The notes below the pieces were generated by a model, which was not told the origin of the DNA, searched no databases, and saw only the letters and a list, made by a program, of their open reading frames with translations. A program made the translations under genes and the position numbers. Shown one piece after another: positions 9,696-20,040 of a stretch of DNA of 64,000 bases. Every line of letters starts with the position of its first letter. The first letter of the stretch is position 1. This stretch comes from Caldisericia bacterium. GTDB lineage: Bacteria > Caldisericota > Caldisericia > JAAYUI01. Location: assembly GCA_963674785.1 (NCBI GenBank), contig OY771555.1:74511-138510 (forward strand), written 5' to 3'.

Positions 9696-10522
9696 TATTC
9701 ACTCTCCTCACCAAGCACTGCTTCTCTGAAATGTTTGTTATCAAAAACAATATCCAGGGCTTTTTTGACTGCATCATCTGCATCAAACAAAGGTCCTCCC
9801 TCTCTTGGTGGCGGAGTAAAAATTCTTTTTACCCAGGTTGGACTTCCTTTAAATCCAATCTGCTCGGGATCAGCATTGATGAAGTCTGCAGACCAACTTG
9901 GTATCTCTTCACGTTCAGCTTTTATAAGTCCTGGAAGTGAGGCATATCTTGGTTCATTGATGTCTTTCTCAACAGTGATGAGTGCGGGTAACTGTGCCTG
10001 AACAATTTCAACACCTTTTGCAAGACGTCTTTTAACAACTATCCTTTTTTCATTTTCAACAAGCTCAGTTACCTCAGTGACATACGTCGCCTGATCAAAA
10101 TTCAGTCTTGTAGCAATTCCTGGGCCTGTCTGTGCTGTATCACCATCAACCGCTTGTTTACCACAGATAACGAGATTTACAGGTGTAGTATCCTTTGATA
10201 GTTTTTCGATTGCGGTTGCAAGGGTATAGGATGTTGCAAGTGTATCTGCTGCTGCAAATTTTTTATCTGAGATAAGAATTACTCTATTTACACCCATTGC
10301 AAGGGTTTCCTTGAGAGCGGCTTCAGCCTGCGGTGGCCCCATTGTGAGCACCGAAACCTCTCCACCATGTTTTTCAACCAACTCCAGTGCCATTTCAACG
10401 GCGTTCATATCGAATGGGTTGACGATCGACTCTACTCCTGCTCGAACAATTGTGTTTTTTTCGGGATCAATCTTGACTTCCTGAGTGTCCGGAACCTGCT
10501 TAATAAGTACAGCAATGTGCAT
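9695..10522 (-). CDS. fixA: Electron transfer flavoprotein beta subunit (FixA/EtfB)
   Basis: 'MHIAVLIKQVPDT...VNPFDMNAVEMALEL...GPPQAEAALKETLAMG' matches the ETF-beta family. Confidence 0.9.
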   Translation of the reverse strand: MHIAVLIKQVPDTQEVKIDPEKNTIVRAGVESIVNPFDMNAVEMALELVEKHGGEVSVLTMGPPQAEAALKETLAMGVNRVILISDKKFAAADTLATSYTLATAIEKLSKDTTPVNLVICGKQAVDGDTAQTGPGIATRLNFDQATYVTEVTELVENEKRIVVKRRLAKGVEIVQAQLPALITVEKDINEPRYASLPGLIKAEREEIPSWSADFINADPEQIGFKGSPTWVKRIFTPPPREGGPLFDADDAVKKALDIVFDNKHFREAVLGEESE

Positions 10523-10590
10523 CTAAACCTCCTGTTATTAAAACCGTATGCGCCATACAAGCACCAACTGCTTGTCAATAAACCCGAAAG

Positions 10591-11328
10591 TTATTTCTTG
10601 ATGTACCTATTATAAAAAATCTGGGCTTCCTTAATCTTCTCAGCCCATCCAAAAAGTTTTGAACTACCAAAAAAATGAACTGTATTCATCTCGCCACGTC
10701 TGCCCGGAACCGCAACAACTAACCTTGGTTTCAGGATTCTATCGGCAGTTGCTTTCGCAAGTGCTATCATCCCAAGAGATGTCACCCTGTTCATCAAAAA
10801 CTGAGAGCCTTTTATGTAGTCATATGAAATAAAGACCCACCTTCTGTTGCCCAGATAATCAACCGATCTAAACTCAAGCCCATCTGGTAACAAATGAAGA
10901 TTACCAGATGCTTTTATCATTTGTGACGGATGCGTCCCATCATACGTTACTCGAGGGGATTTCTCACCAAAAGGAATATCTGAAACTTCTGACAACGAAA
11001 AATTTGGTTTTCCAGTGCTTTTCATGTATTCAAGCACATCATACCCAACCTGGATTATTATTGGCTCCTGATCTCCAAAATAGAGATACAGGTCAACGTC
11101 ATCCTCGTATTCATCATAGAGAAAACAGGTCATATCTTGGATGTCTCTCTGACAAGCAAGCTTTGGAGGGAATACTGCTGTTAACCGGCTTCCTTTTGTA
11201 AGGAGTGCACCCTCCCTGTTTCCATTCCTTGACCACACACTCCACCAGCCAGAAAACTTAGTAGAGACAAGTCCATTCCTGTTGAGTACCACATCTAAAT
11301 GATGAGGAAATTCCGTCACATCGTTCAT
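10591..11328 (-). CDS. Hypothetical protein (245 aa)
   Basis: Long ORF between fixA and a methyltransferase. I recognised no motif. Confidence 0.45.
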   Translation of the reverse strand: MNDVTEFPHHLDVVLNRNGLVSTKFSGWWSVWSRNGNREGALLTKGSRLTAVFPPKLACQRDIQDMTCFLYDEYEDDVDLYLYFGDQEPIIIQVGYDVLEYMKSTGKPNFSLSEVSDIPFGEKSPRVTYDGTHPSQMIKASGNLHLLPDGLEFRSVDYLGNRRWVFISYDYIKGSQFLMNRVTSLGMIALAKATADRILKPRLVVAVPGRRGEMNTVHFFGSSKLFGWAEKIKEAQIFYNRYIKK

Positions 11329-11368
11329 TTGGTTAGATTATAGCATACCCTCATTTGGTTATGATTAA

Positions 11369-12082
11369 TTGCAAGTGTTGCCTTTATTAACAGAAAATTA
11401 TATAAAACTTGCAAAGCTCGAAAACACACAATATCATAGATATATGCAATGGTGGCAGATGTTATTGTGGACAATTCTTGGAATTGTTGTCGGAGTACTT
11501 TTTATTCATTCAGTTATTATTCGCATAATAAGAAAGATATGGAAGTTCCCAATCCCTGCTTTCGCTGTCACGTTCATCGAGGGACCACATCGAAGAAGGG
11601 TTCAACCTCCAAAACTTGTGTTAGATTGGATGGGGCTTAAGCCGGAGATGAAGGTTCTAGAGCTTGGTCCTGGAGCAGGAGCATTTACTTTTCCGGTAGC
11701 AGAAATAGCTGGCGAAGTACATTGTATAGATATCCAACCGAAAGTTATAAACATAATGAATTCTCGAATCCAAGAGCGTGGGTTTACAAATATCTTTCCG
11801 GTTGAGGCAAACGCTTATAATCTCCCTTATGATGATAAAAGTTTTGATCTCGTTTTCCATGTCGCGTGTTTACCTGAGATTCCAGATCCAGTAAGGGTTT
11901 TAACTGAAGTAAAAAGGGTTTTAAAAGATGATGGAATTTATGCTGATTCAGAACTTATCGTTGACCCAGATTATCCACTTGCAAGCACAGTTGTCTCATG
12001 GGCAAAAAAAGCTGGTTTAGAAAAGATTTCAGCAAATGGTAATGGAATCCATTACGTACTTAAATTTAGAAAGTCGCACTGA
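11369..12082 (+). CDS. Class I SAM-dependent methyltransferase with an N-terminal TM segment
   Basis: 'VLELGPGAGAFTFPVAEIAG' is SAM-binding motif I, followed by 'FDLVF'. Confidence 0.75.
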   Translation: MQVLPLLTENYIKLAKLENTQYHRYMQWWQMLLWTILGIVVGVLFIHSVIIRIIRKIWKFPIPAFAVTFIEGPHRRRVQPPKLVLDWMGLKPEMKVLELGPGAGAFTFPVAEIAGEVHCIDIQPKVINIMNSRIQERGFTNIFPVEANAYNLPYDDKSFDLVFHVACLPEIPDPVRVLTEVKRVLKDDGIYADSELIVDPDYPLASTVVSWAKKAGLEKISANGNGIHYVLKFRKSH

Positions 12083-12207
12083 ATTTAGGTTTCTTAGGTT
12101 AGAAATAAGGTTATATAATGATTAATTCAACAGGAAACACTTAACCGAAAGCTTAACAACAAATCACCGAAAAGTCACTAAAATGTACTCATTCTTTAGG
12201 TAAGGGG

Positions 12208-14699
12208 GTGCTTTTTATGAGAAAGTCATTAGTTTTAGCAGTCGTTTTTGTTTTAGTTCTTGGTTTAACACCAATCCTTGGAACGACATTTGATAGTTCA
12301 AAAAAAGACATTGTTGAGATTGGTAATGCGATAAACCTCGGTAATTTCAACGCAGATGAAGTTTTTATCCCCATCGCAACTGGTGATTACATTGTCTGGG
12401 GACAAAAGGATGTTGATGCTGTAAACCTTTATTCCTGCAACGTAAACACAAAAGAAGTTAAAAAAATAAACAGTGAGTCATTTCGCATATATACGGGACA
12501 TATCCCGCCCATATGGTCTCAGTTTCAAACGGATGGGTAGCCTATATTACTGACTCGGTGATGCTTGATGGAAAGATATGGCTCACACATGCAAATGGTG
12601 AAAACGAACCGATTATCATTTCCACAGAAAACTCTTCTCAAACTTCATACCCAGCTTTTTCGAATGGGGTTTGTTATTTCTGGCAAGAAGCAGCGGCAGA
12701 AGAAGAAACAGGGTTATATTCATACGAACCTGATACAGCGACCCGAACGCTTCTTTATTCTGATCCAGAAAGCGATTTGTTCTATCGAAAGATTTACGTT
12801 GATGATAAGTACATATTGCTTGACCAGGGAGATGGTGGAGCTTTAATACTTGATAAAATTGGTGAAAAGGTGAAAATGCTCGAACTTTTCAACAGCGAAA
12901 CTGACGATCATATACACACAAAAACATCATATATAAACCTTGCCTCTAGAAACGTTCTTTTCTATAAAAATACCTTCAAAAGAGAACCTGGAAAAAGACC
13001 AATAGAGATTAGCAAGGACTATTATATTTACGACATCAACTCTGATGAGCAGGTTAATATTGGTGCAACAGCTGATTTGGGCTCAACAGCAAACCAGGTC
13101 AGCCAAAACTCAGGTGCGTTTACATTTGTTGAGATGATTGCCTTGGATGGGCCAGTTCCAGAAAACTTTGAATGGAATCTAAATGTCTACAATCCTATTA
13201 TGAGATCTGTTCATTCTATCGACTATAATGCCCCATTTGATAGCAAAAATGACTACAGGGGAAGACTCTATTCAAGCATCTATGAAGACATGATTGTTTA
13301 TCCTTCTGGTATCGACCATGATCTTTGGCATCTAGACATATTCGACATCAACAAAAAGCTTTCGTACAGAATCACAAATGATAAAGGTGTATACCTTTAT
13401 CCAACAATAAGCGACAATAAAGTTTCGTATTTTAAAGAAAACTTTGAAGAGGGTGGTTTCAACTTGTTTTTCCACAATATCGCTACTAAAGAATCTGAAA
13501 TCAAAAACATCAAACGAGAGCTTGTTTTTGAGGATGAAGAAGAGATCACAAAAACCGAAAAGCCTATAATTTTTATTAAATCTCTTGGAAACTATCTTGT
13601 ATGGATCGAATATGATGAAGATGAAGAGATAAATGATGTATTCTCGTATGACTTTGAAACACAGGAAAAATTAGAACTGCTTTCCATTCCTGGATGGGGT
13701 ATTTTTTCTGGCTTCGCAATTCCAAAATACTTTTTTAATGAAAGCTTTTTTGTAATTGGGACCATTGAGGAAAGATCACAAATCAGTTATAGAACTGTTT
13801 CTCTAGACGGGGAAATTGATAGGATAATTGAGGATCCTAATGCAAAAAATATTGGAATTCATGACATCCAGGGTGATTATCTTTATCTTTCAAAAAGATA
13901 TGAAGACAGCAAACTGGATGGATGTTTTGAATACAATATGAGAAGTGGCAAATCTGAATTCCTGTTTGACTTTAAGGATGTTGAAAGGAACCAGTTTGGA
14001 TTTTCATACAAAACGTGGATTGACCTATACGTCCATGGAGACAAATTTCTTATTTGCGGTGACAAAAACTCGATTTTTTTAGCAAGCAGAAATGGTGAGA
14101 TTGAGAGGATTATCTGTGCAGCGGAGATGAAAACAGAACACTTTAGAACTGAAAATACTATCGAATCAATGATTGGTGACTACTTAATAATTGAATCTAA
14201 GGTGATTACTCCGAAAATACCTGGAATCGAGTATCTTGATATGTTTAATGAACAAATTGTCTCATGTGAAACATACTGTTACAATGCCGGAAATAATAGT
14301 CTTTACCAATCAAAAACGGATGCTTTCGGATTCGTACCTAGCACATACACAAACTACTGCAACCCAAACATAATTGTGACAGGTGAATACAATAACGACG
14401 ACAATAATACTTCCAAAGAGATTTCCTACAAAGCTATAGACTTATCAAAAGGTTCTGAGGTTGATCTTATAACAAGGAATTCTGCTGATTTCAGAAACAG
14501 AGTGAAATTCTTTGAGGTGGCTGGAGATATTGTCGCATTTGAAAACAATGAAGACAGTAACTACACTATCTGTGATACTCTGACCGGTAAAATGTATACA
14601 TTTGAAAATACTGTTTTAGCCCTTTCAAAAGACAGGATCATGTACCTCAAGAACCGGAAAATCCTCTCACAAAAATACTCATTTGTTATTGAAGAATAA
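12208..14699 (+). pseudogene. Secreted repeat (beta-propeller-like) protein. Two ORFs (12208-12540 and 12513-14699) are in different frames, with a frameshift near the C-rich tract around 12505-12511.
   Basis: The first ORF supplies the signal peptide ('MLFMRKSLVLAVVFVLVLGLTP'). The second begins without a signal peptide and carries repeated 'D-x-Y-[IV]-x-[WY]' units ('NGWVAYITD', 'GNYLVWIEYDE'). Frame 0 is open from 12477. Confidence 0.6.
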
Positions 14700-14720
14700 A
14701 ATTGTCCTTTCAACAACTTA

Positions 14721-14754
14721 AAAAACCCCAAACTATAACGTTTGGGGTTTTTTA
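14721..14754. terminator. Bidirectional rho-independent terminator between convergent genes
   Basis: 'aaaaccccaaac-tataac-gtttggggtttttt' is a perfect hairpin with flanking A/T runs. Confidence 0.7.
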
Positions 14755-14765
14755 AATAGAGATTG

Positions 14766-16496
14766 TTACTTCCTCAACAGGATTTTCTCAGGGTACCACT
14801 TCTGAAACCAATTTGTGAAAACAAACATTGGGACAAGAAGAACATATCGAACTATCATTAAGGCAATTGCAATTTTTGGGTAGGACATTTCAACAAGCAT
14901 TATTAGTGCTTCAAGTAAGAAGAATAAACCCCAGACAGAACTAATAATAATGTTTGTCACCAAAAAAGCATTAGACATTAAAACAGATTTGGAAAACCCT
15001 TGCCCTGAATATTCGGCAGTTAATGAGAACCTGTTTATAGATGAACCTAACCACAACGCTCCCAAGAAGACATAATCAATAACCCAGATATACATACCTA
15101 CAAAATTGAGATTTAGAGACAAGAGTACGGACATAACCACAAGATAAGCAGTTGATCCAAACTCAAACAATGTCGGTCTGTTTGTCATTGAATGATAAAG
15201 GAGGACTAGAAGTGAAAGACCGGCAGCAACAAACCTCGGCACAAGACCAGGGAACATGGAACCAAAAACCCATACAACGATCCAGGGAACAAATGCCACC
15301 TGCATCCACGTCATTCCTGAGAGGTTTATAAATCCTCTTTTGTCGGGAATCGATTTTTCATTGGATAAATCACTCATTGCGTCTTCAGGCTTATCTCCTG
15401 ATGAGGTATTGAAAGTCTTATCCATATTCATGAGATAACTCATATCACCTTCAATCTTGTAAGCACCTTTTAAGAACTCAGCTTCGCCATTTGCACATCC
15501 TTCAGATATATCCATCCACAACTTGAGAGGAGAAATAACAGTCATGTCCGGATTTGGGTGTTTTCCACTATAAGCACTTGCCTTTTTCCCATCCATTACA
15601 ATAAACCAATTTTTATCATCCAAGTCGAATTGAATAACACCGTTTGAAGACGCTGCTTTTGAAGGCACATATTGAAGAGCCATCCCTGCAAAAAAAGTAT
15701 CCATTCCGCCAGAAGATATTGACAGAGGTTTTTGTTCAATTCTATGTTCAATCGATTTTGGTTTAACTGCACCCTCTCTTGGTTGTAAAGACTTCCAATA
15801 CTGGTTTGCTGTTTCCAGGAACATTTTTACTTCTTCTTTTGTGCTAGTCGTTGCCTGAACAATCTTTTCTGCTGTATCTTTGCTAATCTTGAGATTTTCA
15901 GCAAGCTCTTGACCGGTTTTTTCTGCAAGAGAAAGGATTTCTGTAAATAACTGATCAGATCCTCTGGCAAGAGGCTCTGAGCCTGGAAGGAGAAAATGTC
16001 CTGCGAAAAGATCTCCGATTGTTGACCCATAAACCTTTTCATACCTTTTCAGAAGTGGATCGAAATGAGATCTTTCAGGGAATCCACAGACAGAGATAAG
16101 AAAAACCTTTGGGTGTGGCTTATCTCCTCTTATTGGATGACCAGTCGTATCTCCTCTAGCAACAAGATATGGCTGCACCAAAGGAAGTTGTCTATCGGTG
16201 AAGTTTTTAAAGATACCTGTAACATCATAATAATAAAGAGGGGTGGAATGAATCACCAAATCAGCATTTCTAATCTTTTCAAGTATCTCCACCATGTCAT
16301 CTTTGTGTACACACTGACCAGGTGTTTTTGTCCAACAGGTATAACATCCAATACACGGATTTATATTCTTGTCAACGAGAAAAATCTCATCTACATCGGC
16401 ACCATTTTTCTTCATCCCTCTAATAAGTCTTTCGGCAATCTTATAGGATGCGGATTTTTTCCTTCTTGGACTTCCAAGGATCACAACTGCTTTCAT
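14766..16496 (-). CDS. Three-domain fusion protein: iron-sulfur-flavoprotein-like NADPH-dependent FMN reductase, then an SCP2 lipid-binding domain, then a polytopic membrane domain
   Basis: N-terminus: 'MKAVVILGSPRRKKSASY...NPCIGCYTCWTKTPGQC' is the Isf/FMN_red motif. Middle: 'FDLDDKNWFIVMDGKKASAYSG...GCANGEAEFLKGAYKIEGDMSYLMNM' is SCP2-like. C-terminus: about 5-6 hydrophobic helices. Confidence 0.7.
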   Translation of the reverse strand: MKAVVILGSPRRKKSASYKIAERLIRGMKKNGADVDEIFLVDKNINPCIGCYTCWTKTPGQCVHKDDMVEILEKIRNADLVIHSTPLYYYDVTGIFKNFTDRQLPLVQPYLVARGDTTGHPIRGDKPHPKVFLISVCGFPERSHFDPLLKRYEKVYGSTIGDLFAGHFLLPGSEPLARGSDQLFTEILSLAEKTGQELAENLKISKDTAEKIVQATTSTKEEVKMFLETANQYWKSLQPREGAVKPKSIEHRIEQKPLSISSGGMDTFFAGMALQYVPSKAASSNGVIQFDLDDKNWFIVMDGKKASAYSGKHPNPDMTVISPLKLWMDISEGCANGEAEFLKGAYKIEGDMSYLMNMDKTFNTSSGDKPEDAMSDLSNEKSIPDKRGFINLSGMTWMQVAFVPWIVVWVFGSMFPGLVPRFVAAGLSLLVLLYHSMTNRPTLFEFGSTAYLVVMSVLLSLNLNFVGMYIWVIDYVFLGALWLGSSINRFSLTAEYSGQGFSKSVLMSNAFLVTNIIISSVWGLFFLLEALIMLVEMSYPKIAIALMIVRYVLLVPMFVFTNWFQKWYPEKILLRK

Positions 16497-16583
16497 ATAT
16501 CTCTATCTCCTTATAAGTACTGACTACTATCTAAATAATATCTGATATACCTATATAATTATTATTAATATGTATAGATATTT

Positions 16584-17162
16584 TTATTTGCTCTTTACTG
16601 CCTTCATAATAGTATATAATATATTTGTAAGTATGTTATATGTATTATTATCAAACTTACTTACTAATATATCACTTACTTCTTTATAAGCTTTATCTGA
16701 CTCATTTAATATCTTTTCTCCGCTATCAGTAAGTTTTAAGTAGTAGGAACGTCTATCTTTCTTATCATATATTCTTTCAATATATTTCTTATCTATCAAT
16801 GAATCTATGACTCTTGTAGTTTTAGCAGGATGCATTAATGTATATTCAGTTAGATCACTTGGGCGGGTCTCATCACACGCTCGCACAATAAATAGTACCT
16901 CATAGCTTTCTGTTGAAAGTCCAAAAGCATCAAAAACCCCTTTATCACCACCGCCTTTTAGTAGAGTACCTAAATGGATTAGAAGTGTTATTAATACAGC
17001 TCCTTCTCCGACCCTGTCTCTCAGTTCGATAAATCTACTATCATTCCATATATTTTCATCTGATAATTTCATGTTCAATATATTATCGGATGAAATTAAT
17101 TTGTCAATACTCGCAGATATAAAAATCTTGAAAAAGTGATCTAAATTCGTAGAATCTCCCAC
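16584..17162 (-). CDS. MarR-family transcriptional regulator. The likely start is internal, at 'MKLSDENIW' around 17072.
   Basis: '...TEYTLMHPAKTTRVIDSLIDKKYIERIYDKKDRRSYYLKLTDSGE' is the winged-helix MarR signature. Confidence 0.75.
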   Translation of the reverse strand: MGDSTNLDHFFKIFISASIDKLISSDNILNMKLSDENIWNDSRFIELRDRVGEGAVLITLLIHLGTLLKGGGDKGVFDAFGLSTESYEVLFIVRACDETRPSDLTEYTLMHPAKTTRVIDSLIDKKYIERIYDKKDRRSYYLKLTDSGEKILNESDKAYKEVSDILVSKFDNNTYNILTNILYTIMKAVKSK

Positions 17163-17381
17163 ATGGAAAATAAAAACGGATGTTCTTTGCCATTGATGAC
17201 AGGCTTTCTCGCATTTGCATCAGTGTCAATGATATTGACCGGTATATGGCACAACTCACCATCACTCCTATGGTTAGGTGTTGGTGAAGGTGTGATAGCC
17301 ATTCTCGGAGTCGTAGCGATTATCATCAAAAAAGTCAAAGCAAACAAAACTAAGACTGATTCTGTAGTTGAGTCTAAATAA
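17163..17381 (+). CDS. Small putative membrane protein (72 aa)
   Basis: The ORF has two hydrophobic segments and is divergent from marR. It may not be real. Confidence 0.3.
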   Translation: MENKNGCSLPLMTGFLAFASVSMILTGIWHNSPSLLWLGVGEGVIAILGVVAIIIKKVKANKTKTDSVVESK

Positions 17382-17985
17382 GTTGCAAATTCTGTTTTAT
17401 TGAGTCAGCTGTAATTTTGTTTTTATCAACTTTTTCTGCGATAACCCTGTCTACACAGAAAATTTCTTCTTCCGATTTAAAAAGACTCTGTGTAAGCCAG
17501 TGAATTCTCCAAGAATGATATGATCCAAGGAGTTCCCCGCTCTTCATATGAGATTCATTTTTTGTGTTCAGAAATGGCTTATCTACGAATGCTGAAATAG
17601 CATTCAATCCATTCGTATTTGTGATTGATTGAATCTTTTGAAGAGTTTTTTCTCTATCACCAGGTGGGATAAGATTTATAAGGCCAACCGAAATCACGAT
17701 ATCGTATGGACCACCAAGATCATCAGAATCAACCGACTCAACTCTTGTGTTTATTTTAAGCCCAGACTCTTTTGCCCAGGTTTCAAGTTTTTCAATTGCC
17801 TCAGTCGATGGATCAATCGCAGTCACATTATACCCTTGGCCAGCAAGGAAAATGACATTTCGACCATCACCTACGCCCCAAACCAGAACATCTTTGAAGT
17901 CTTCCGGTTCAACAAATTCCCACAGTTTCATACAGGTCGTTGTGGGAGCGGCACCCCATGTCAATGTGTTTTGTGATTTATCCAT
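17374..17985 (-). CDS. SAM-dependent methyltransferase (TPMT/TehB-like)
   Basis: 'VLVWGVGDGRNVIFLAGQGYNVTAIDPSTEAIEKL' is a motif I region. Confidence 0.65.
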   Translation of the reverse strand: MDKSQNTLTWGAAPTTTCMKLWEFVEPEDFKDVLVWGVGDGRNVIFLAGQGYNVTAIDPSTEAIEKLETWAKESGLKINTRVESVDSDDLGGPYDIVISVGLINLIPPGDREKTLQKIQSITNTNGLNAISAFVDKPFLNTKNESHMKSGELLGSYHSWRIHWLTQSLFKSEEEIFCVDRVIAEKVDKNKITADSIKQNLQLI

Positions 17986-18655
17986 TGGGAGATATTTTAC
18001 CTAACTTTTCCTCATCGTCAACAACTGATGCACGACTATATTCTAAACCCTTAATATATTCGGCTACTTCAGGAAAACTTGGATAACTTTTCCATTTTAC
18101 GAAACAATAGATTAAAAGGATCAAGGTCGAACCAAGCAGCAAAAATTCTGTGAATTGAGTTCTGAAAAAAAGAAGTACACCTGATAATAAAAAGAGGATT
18201 GAAGACACCAAAACACCAATAAGCCAGATCCCTTTAGGTACCATCTGGATACTATGTGCCCTACCCATCAAAAGCTTTATACCACTTAATGCCTCTGAAT
18301 AGGATGGTGAACCATCAGCCAATTCAAATCCATCTTTTTCTGGGTTCATCTTTGCGCCCATTGCCCTTGTCAGGGTCTCCAAAAATTCCATAGAATAGTC
18401 CTTCTTTAATTTTTTAGGTTTTCGTTCTTTTTTTGGATTTCCAGGCAATATTCTCATCGTATCAGAGAGAGTCTCAGAAAATGATGGAGCTTGATTATAT
18501 GAGGCAAACTCTTGTGTTTTTAGATATACTTCATATATATCAGAAAGTGAGTCTTGTGCCCATTCATGAAGTAGTGAAGTATTTGCTTGCTTTAAAGCAA
18601 TCTCACCTTTATAAACAACTGAAAGATAGAAGCTGGCAACCGGATCGATTTTCAT
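17978..18655 (-). CDS. Hypothetical membrane protein (225 aa)
   Basis: Two TM helices near the C-terminus. It overlaps its neighbours within an operon. Confidence 0.5.
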   Translation of the reverse strand: MKIDPVASFYLSVVYKGEIALKQANTSLLHEWAQDSLSDIYEVYLKTQEFASYNQAPSFSETLSDTMRILPGNPKKERKPKKLKKDYSMEFLETLTRAMGAKMNPEKDGFELADGSPSYSEALSGIKLLMGRAHSIQMVPKGIWLIGVLVSSILFLLSGVLLFFRTQFTEFLLLGSTLILLIYCFVKWKSYPSFPEVAEYIKGLEYSRASVVDDEEKLGKISPNG

Positions 18656-18663
18656 CTAAAAAC

Positions 18664-20040
18664 CTATCTATAAAATATCAAGGTAAGAGCTCTATTAAAC
18701 GAGGTTATGTCTCTAATCTCTTTTGAATCAAGGCTTACAATCACTTCCTGGTTACCGTCAACGGCGATCATGGATGGCGTACTATATAGTCCTAAGGCTG
18801 AAACGACCTCAAGTGCAAGGTCGATAACAAGAGGCGATTTTCCAATTCTTCCAGTGAAACCTTTAAGCTTGTCTTCTTTTGATTTTGAGACAAAGATTAT
18901 GTCTTCTTCAGGGAAATCGTTTTTCATGAGTTCATCTCTAACCTCGGCTGCTCGATTCATACAGCTTCCGCATGATGATACATATATGAAGACTACTTTA
19001 TGACCATTAAACATTTCCTTGGTAAGATTTGTACCCATCGTGGAAACCATCTCTGGCCAATAAATCTGAGTTCCTTTTGTCAAAGAAAGTATCCCAAACG
19101 GGAATTTCTCTTTATAGGCACCATATCCATTATTTTTGATAAAATTGAGTTTCAGAGCTTGTGCAACTTTCTCTTTCAATTCAGCTGCAGTCGGTCCAAA
19201 ATTAAACTCCTTTGGTTCAGGAGGAATAAATCCAGCTATTTCATCTGCAGATAATCCTACAAAACTACTCCAAATCTTTTGTTCAATCTGCCACCTTGCA
19301 GGATCAGGTTGAGGATGGATTGGATCAATCCCAATTATTCGACCATCATTATCAATTCTAAGTGATGACCTTCTATTTTGAATCTCAAGGACACATGCGA
19401 TATATTTCTTTTGATAGTCTTCATCAAAAACATCAAAGAATTCCAAAGTTTTTGGTTCAGCACTCACACCTGGTTCAGGATCAGAAACAGTTGCGTTTGG
19501 AATTGGCGAACTGTATTCATTTTCAGCAATTGAATATTGTACAATGCACGCATCAGTAATATCACCATAATAGAAAACTACTTTTCTTGCTTTATTTTCA
19601 TCAGTTGGGTCAGGTGTGACAATAATTTCAGCTGTCCCTGTTTCTTCAAACTCTTTTGTTACAGGAATCTCATCAAGACCTTTTCTCTCAGTTGGTGCAC
19701 TCATTGTCACACTTACCCTTGAAACATCACTATATGGGATACCTTCAGATGACCAAAGATCTTCATGGATGACACCGGTCACTTTAAACTCGGCACCCTT
19801 AAAAAACTCCATCAGCTCTTCTCCATAATATGGCATCTGTGTCACAAATGTATCCTTATCAGGACCAGTAAAAACCATAGACTGATGTGAAAGATCAAAA
19901 ACGGTTTCCCAGTTACCATGGGAGATTTCTGTAAGCAATTCGACAACAAGCTTTCCATCCTCATTTCCTCCACAAGATACAAAAGTAAAGGACGAAACAA
20001 TAATCACAAGTACCAACAAAAAAGTTATTCTCTTCATCAT
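18664..20040 (-). CDS. Lipoprotein with a C-terminal thioredoxin-like (TlpA/redoxin) domain
   Basis: Lipobox 'SSFTFVSCGGNE'. The C-terminus has 'HKVVFIYVSSCGSCMNRAAEV', i.e. a CxxC in a thioredoxin-fold context. Confidence 0.6.
   Translation of the reverse strand: MMKRITFLLVLVIIVSSFTFVSCGGNEDGKLVVELLTEISHGNWETVFDLSHQSMVFTGPDKDTFVTQMPYYGEELMEFFKGAEFKVTGVIHEDLWSSEGIPYSDVSRVSVTMSAPTERKGLDEIPVTKEFEETGTAEIIVTPDPTDENKARKVVFYYGDITDACIVQYSIAENEYSSPIPNATVSDPEPGVSAEPKTLEFFDVFDEDYQKKYIACVLEIQNRRSSLRIDNDGRIIGIDPIHPQPDPARWQIEQKIWSSFVGLSADEIAGFIPPEPKEFNFGPTAAELKEKVAQALKLNFIKNNGYGAYKEKFPFGILSLTKGTQIYWPEMVSTMGTNLTKEMFNGHKVVFIYVSSCGSCMNRAAEVRDELMKNDFPEEDIIFVSKSKEDKLKGFTGRIGKSPLVIDLALEVVSALGLYSTPSMIAVDGNQEVIVSLDSKEIRDITSFNRALTLIFYR

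Noticed and set aside
16497-16660. Extremely AT-rich stretch ('tatatataat...') considered as an IS end or phage attachment site
   Set aside because: There are no inverted terminal repeats or flanking transposase/integrase. It lies between marR and the downstream fusion gene and at the marR 3' end, consistent with a promoter/operator region and low-complexity coding sequence.
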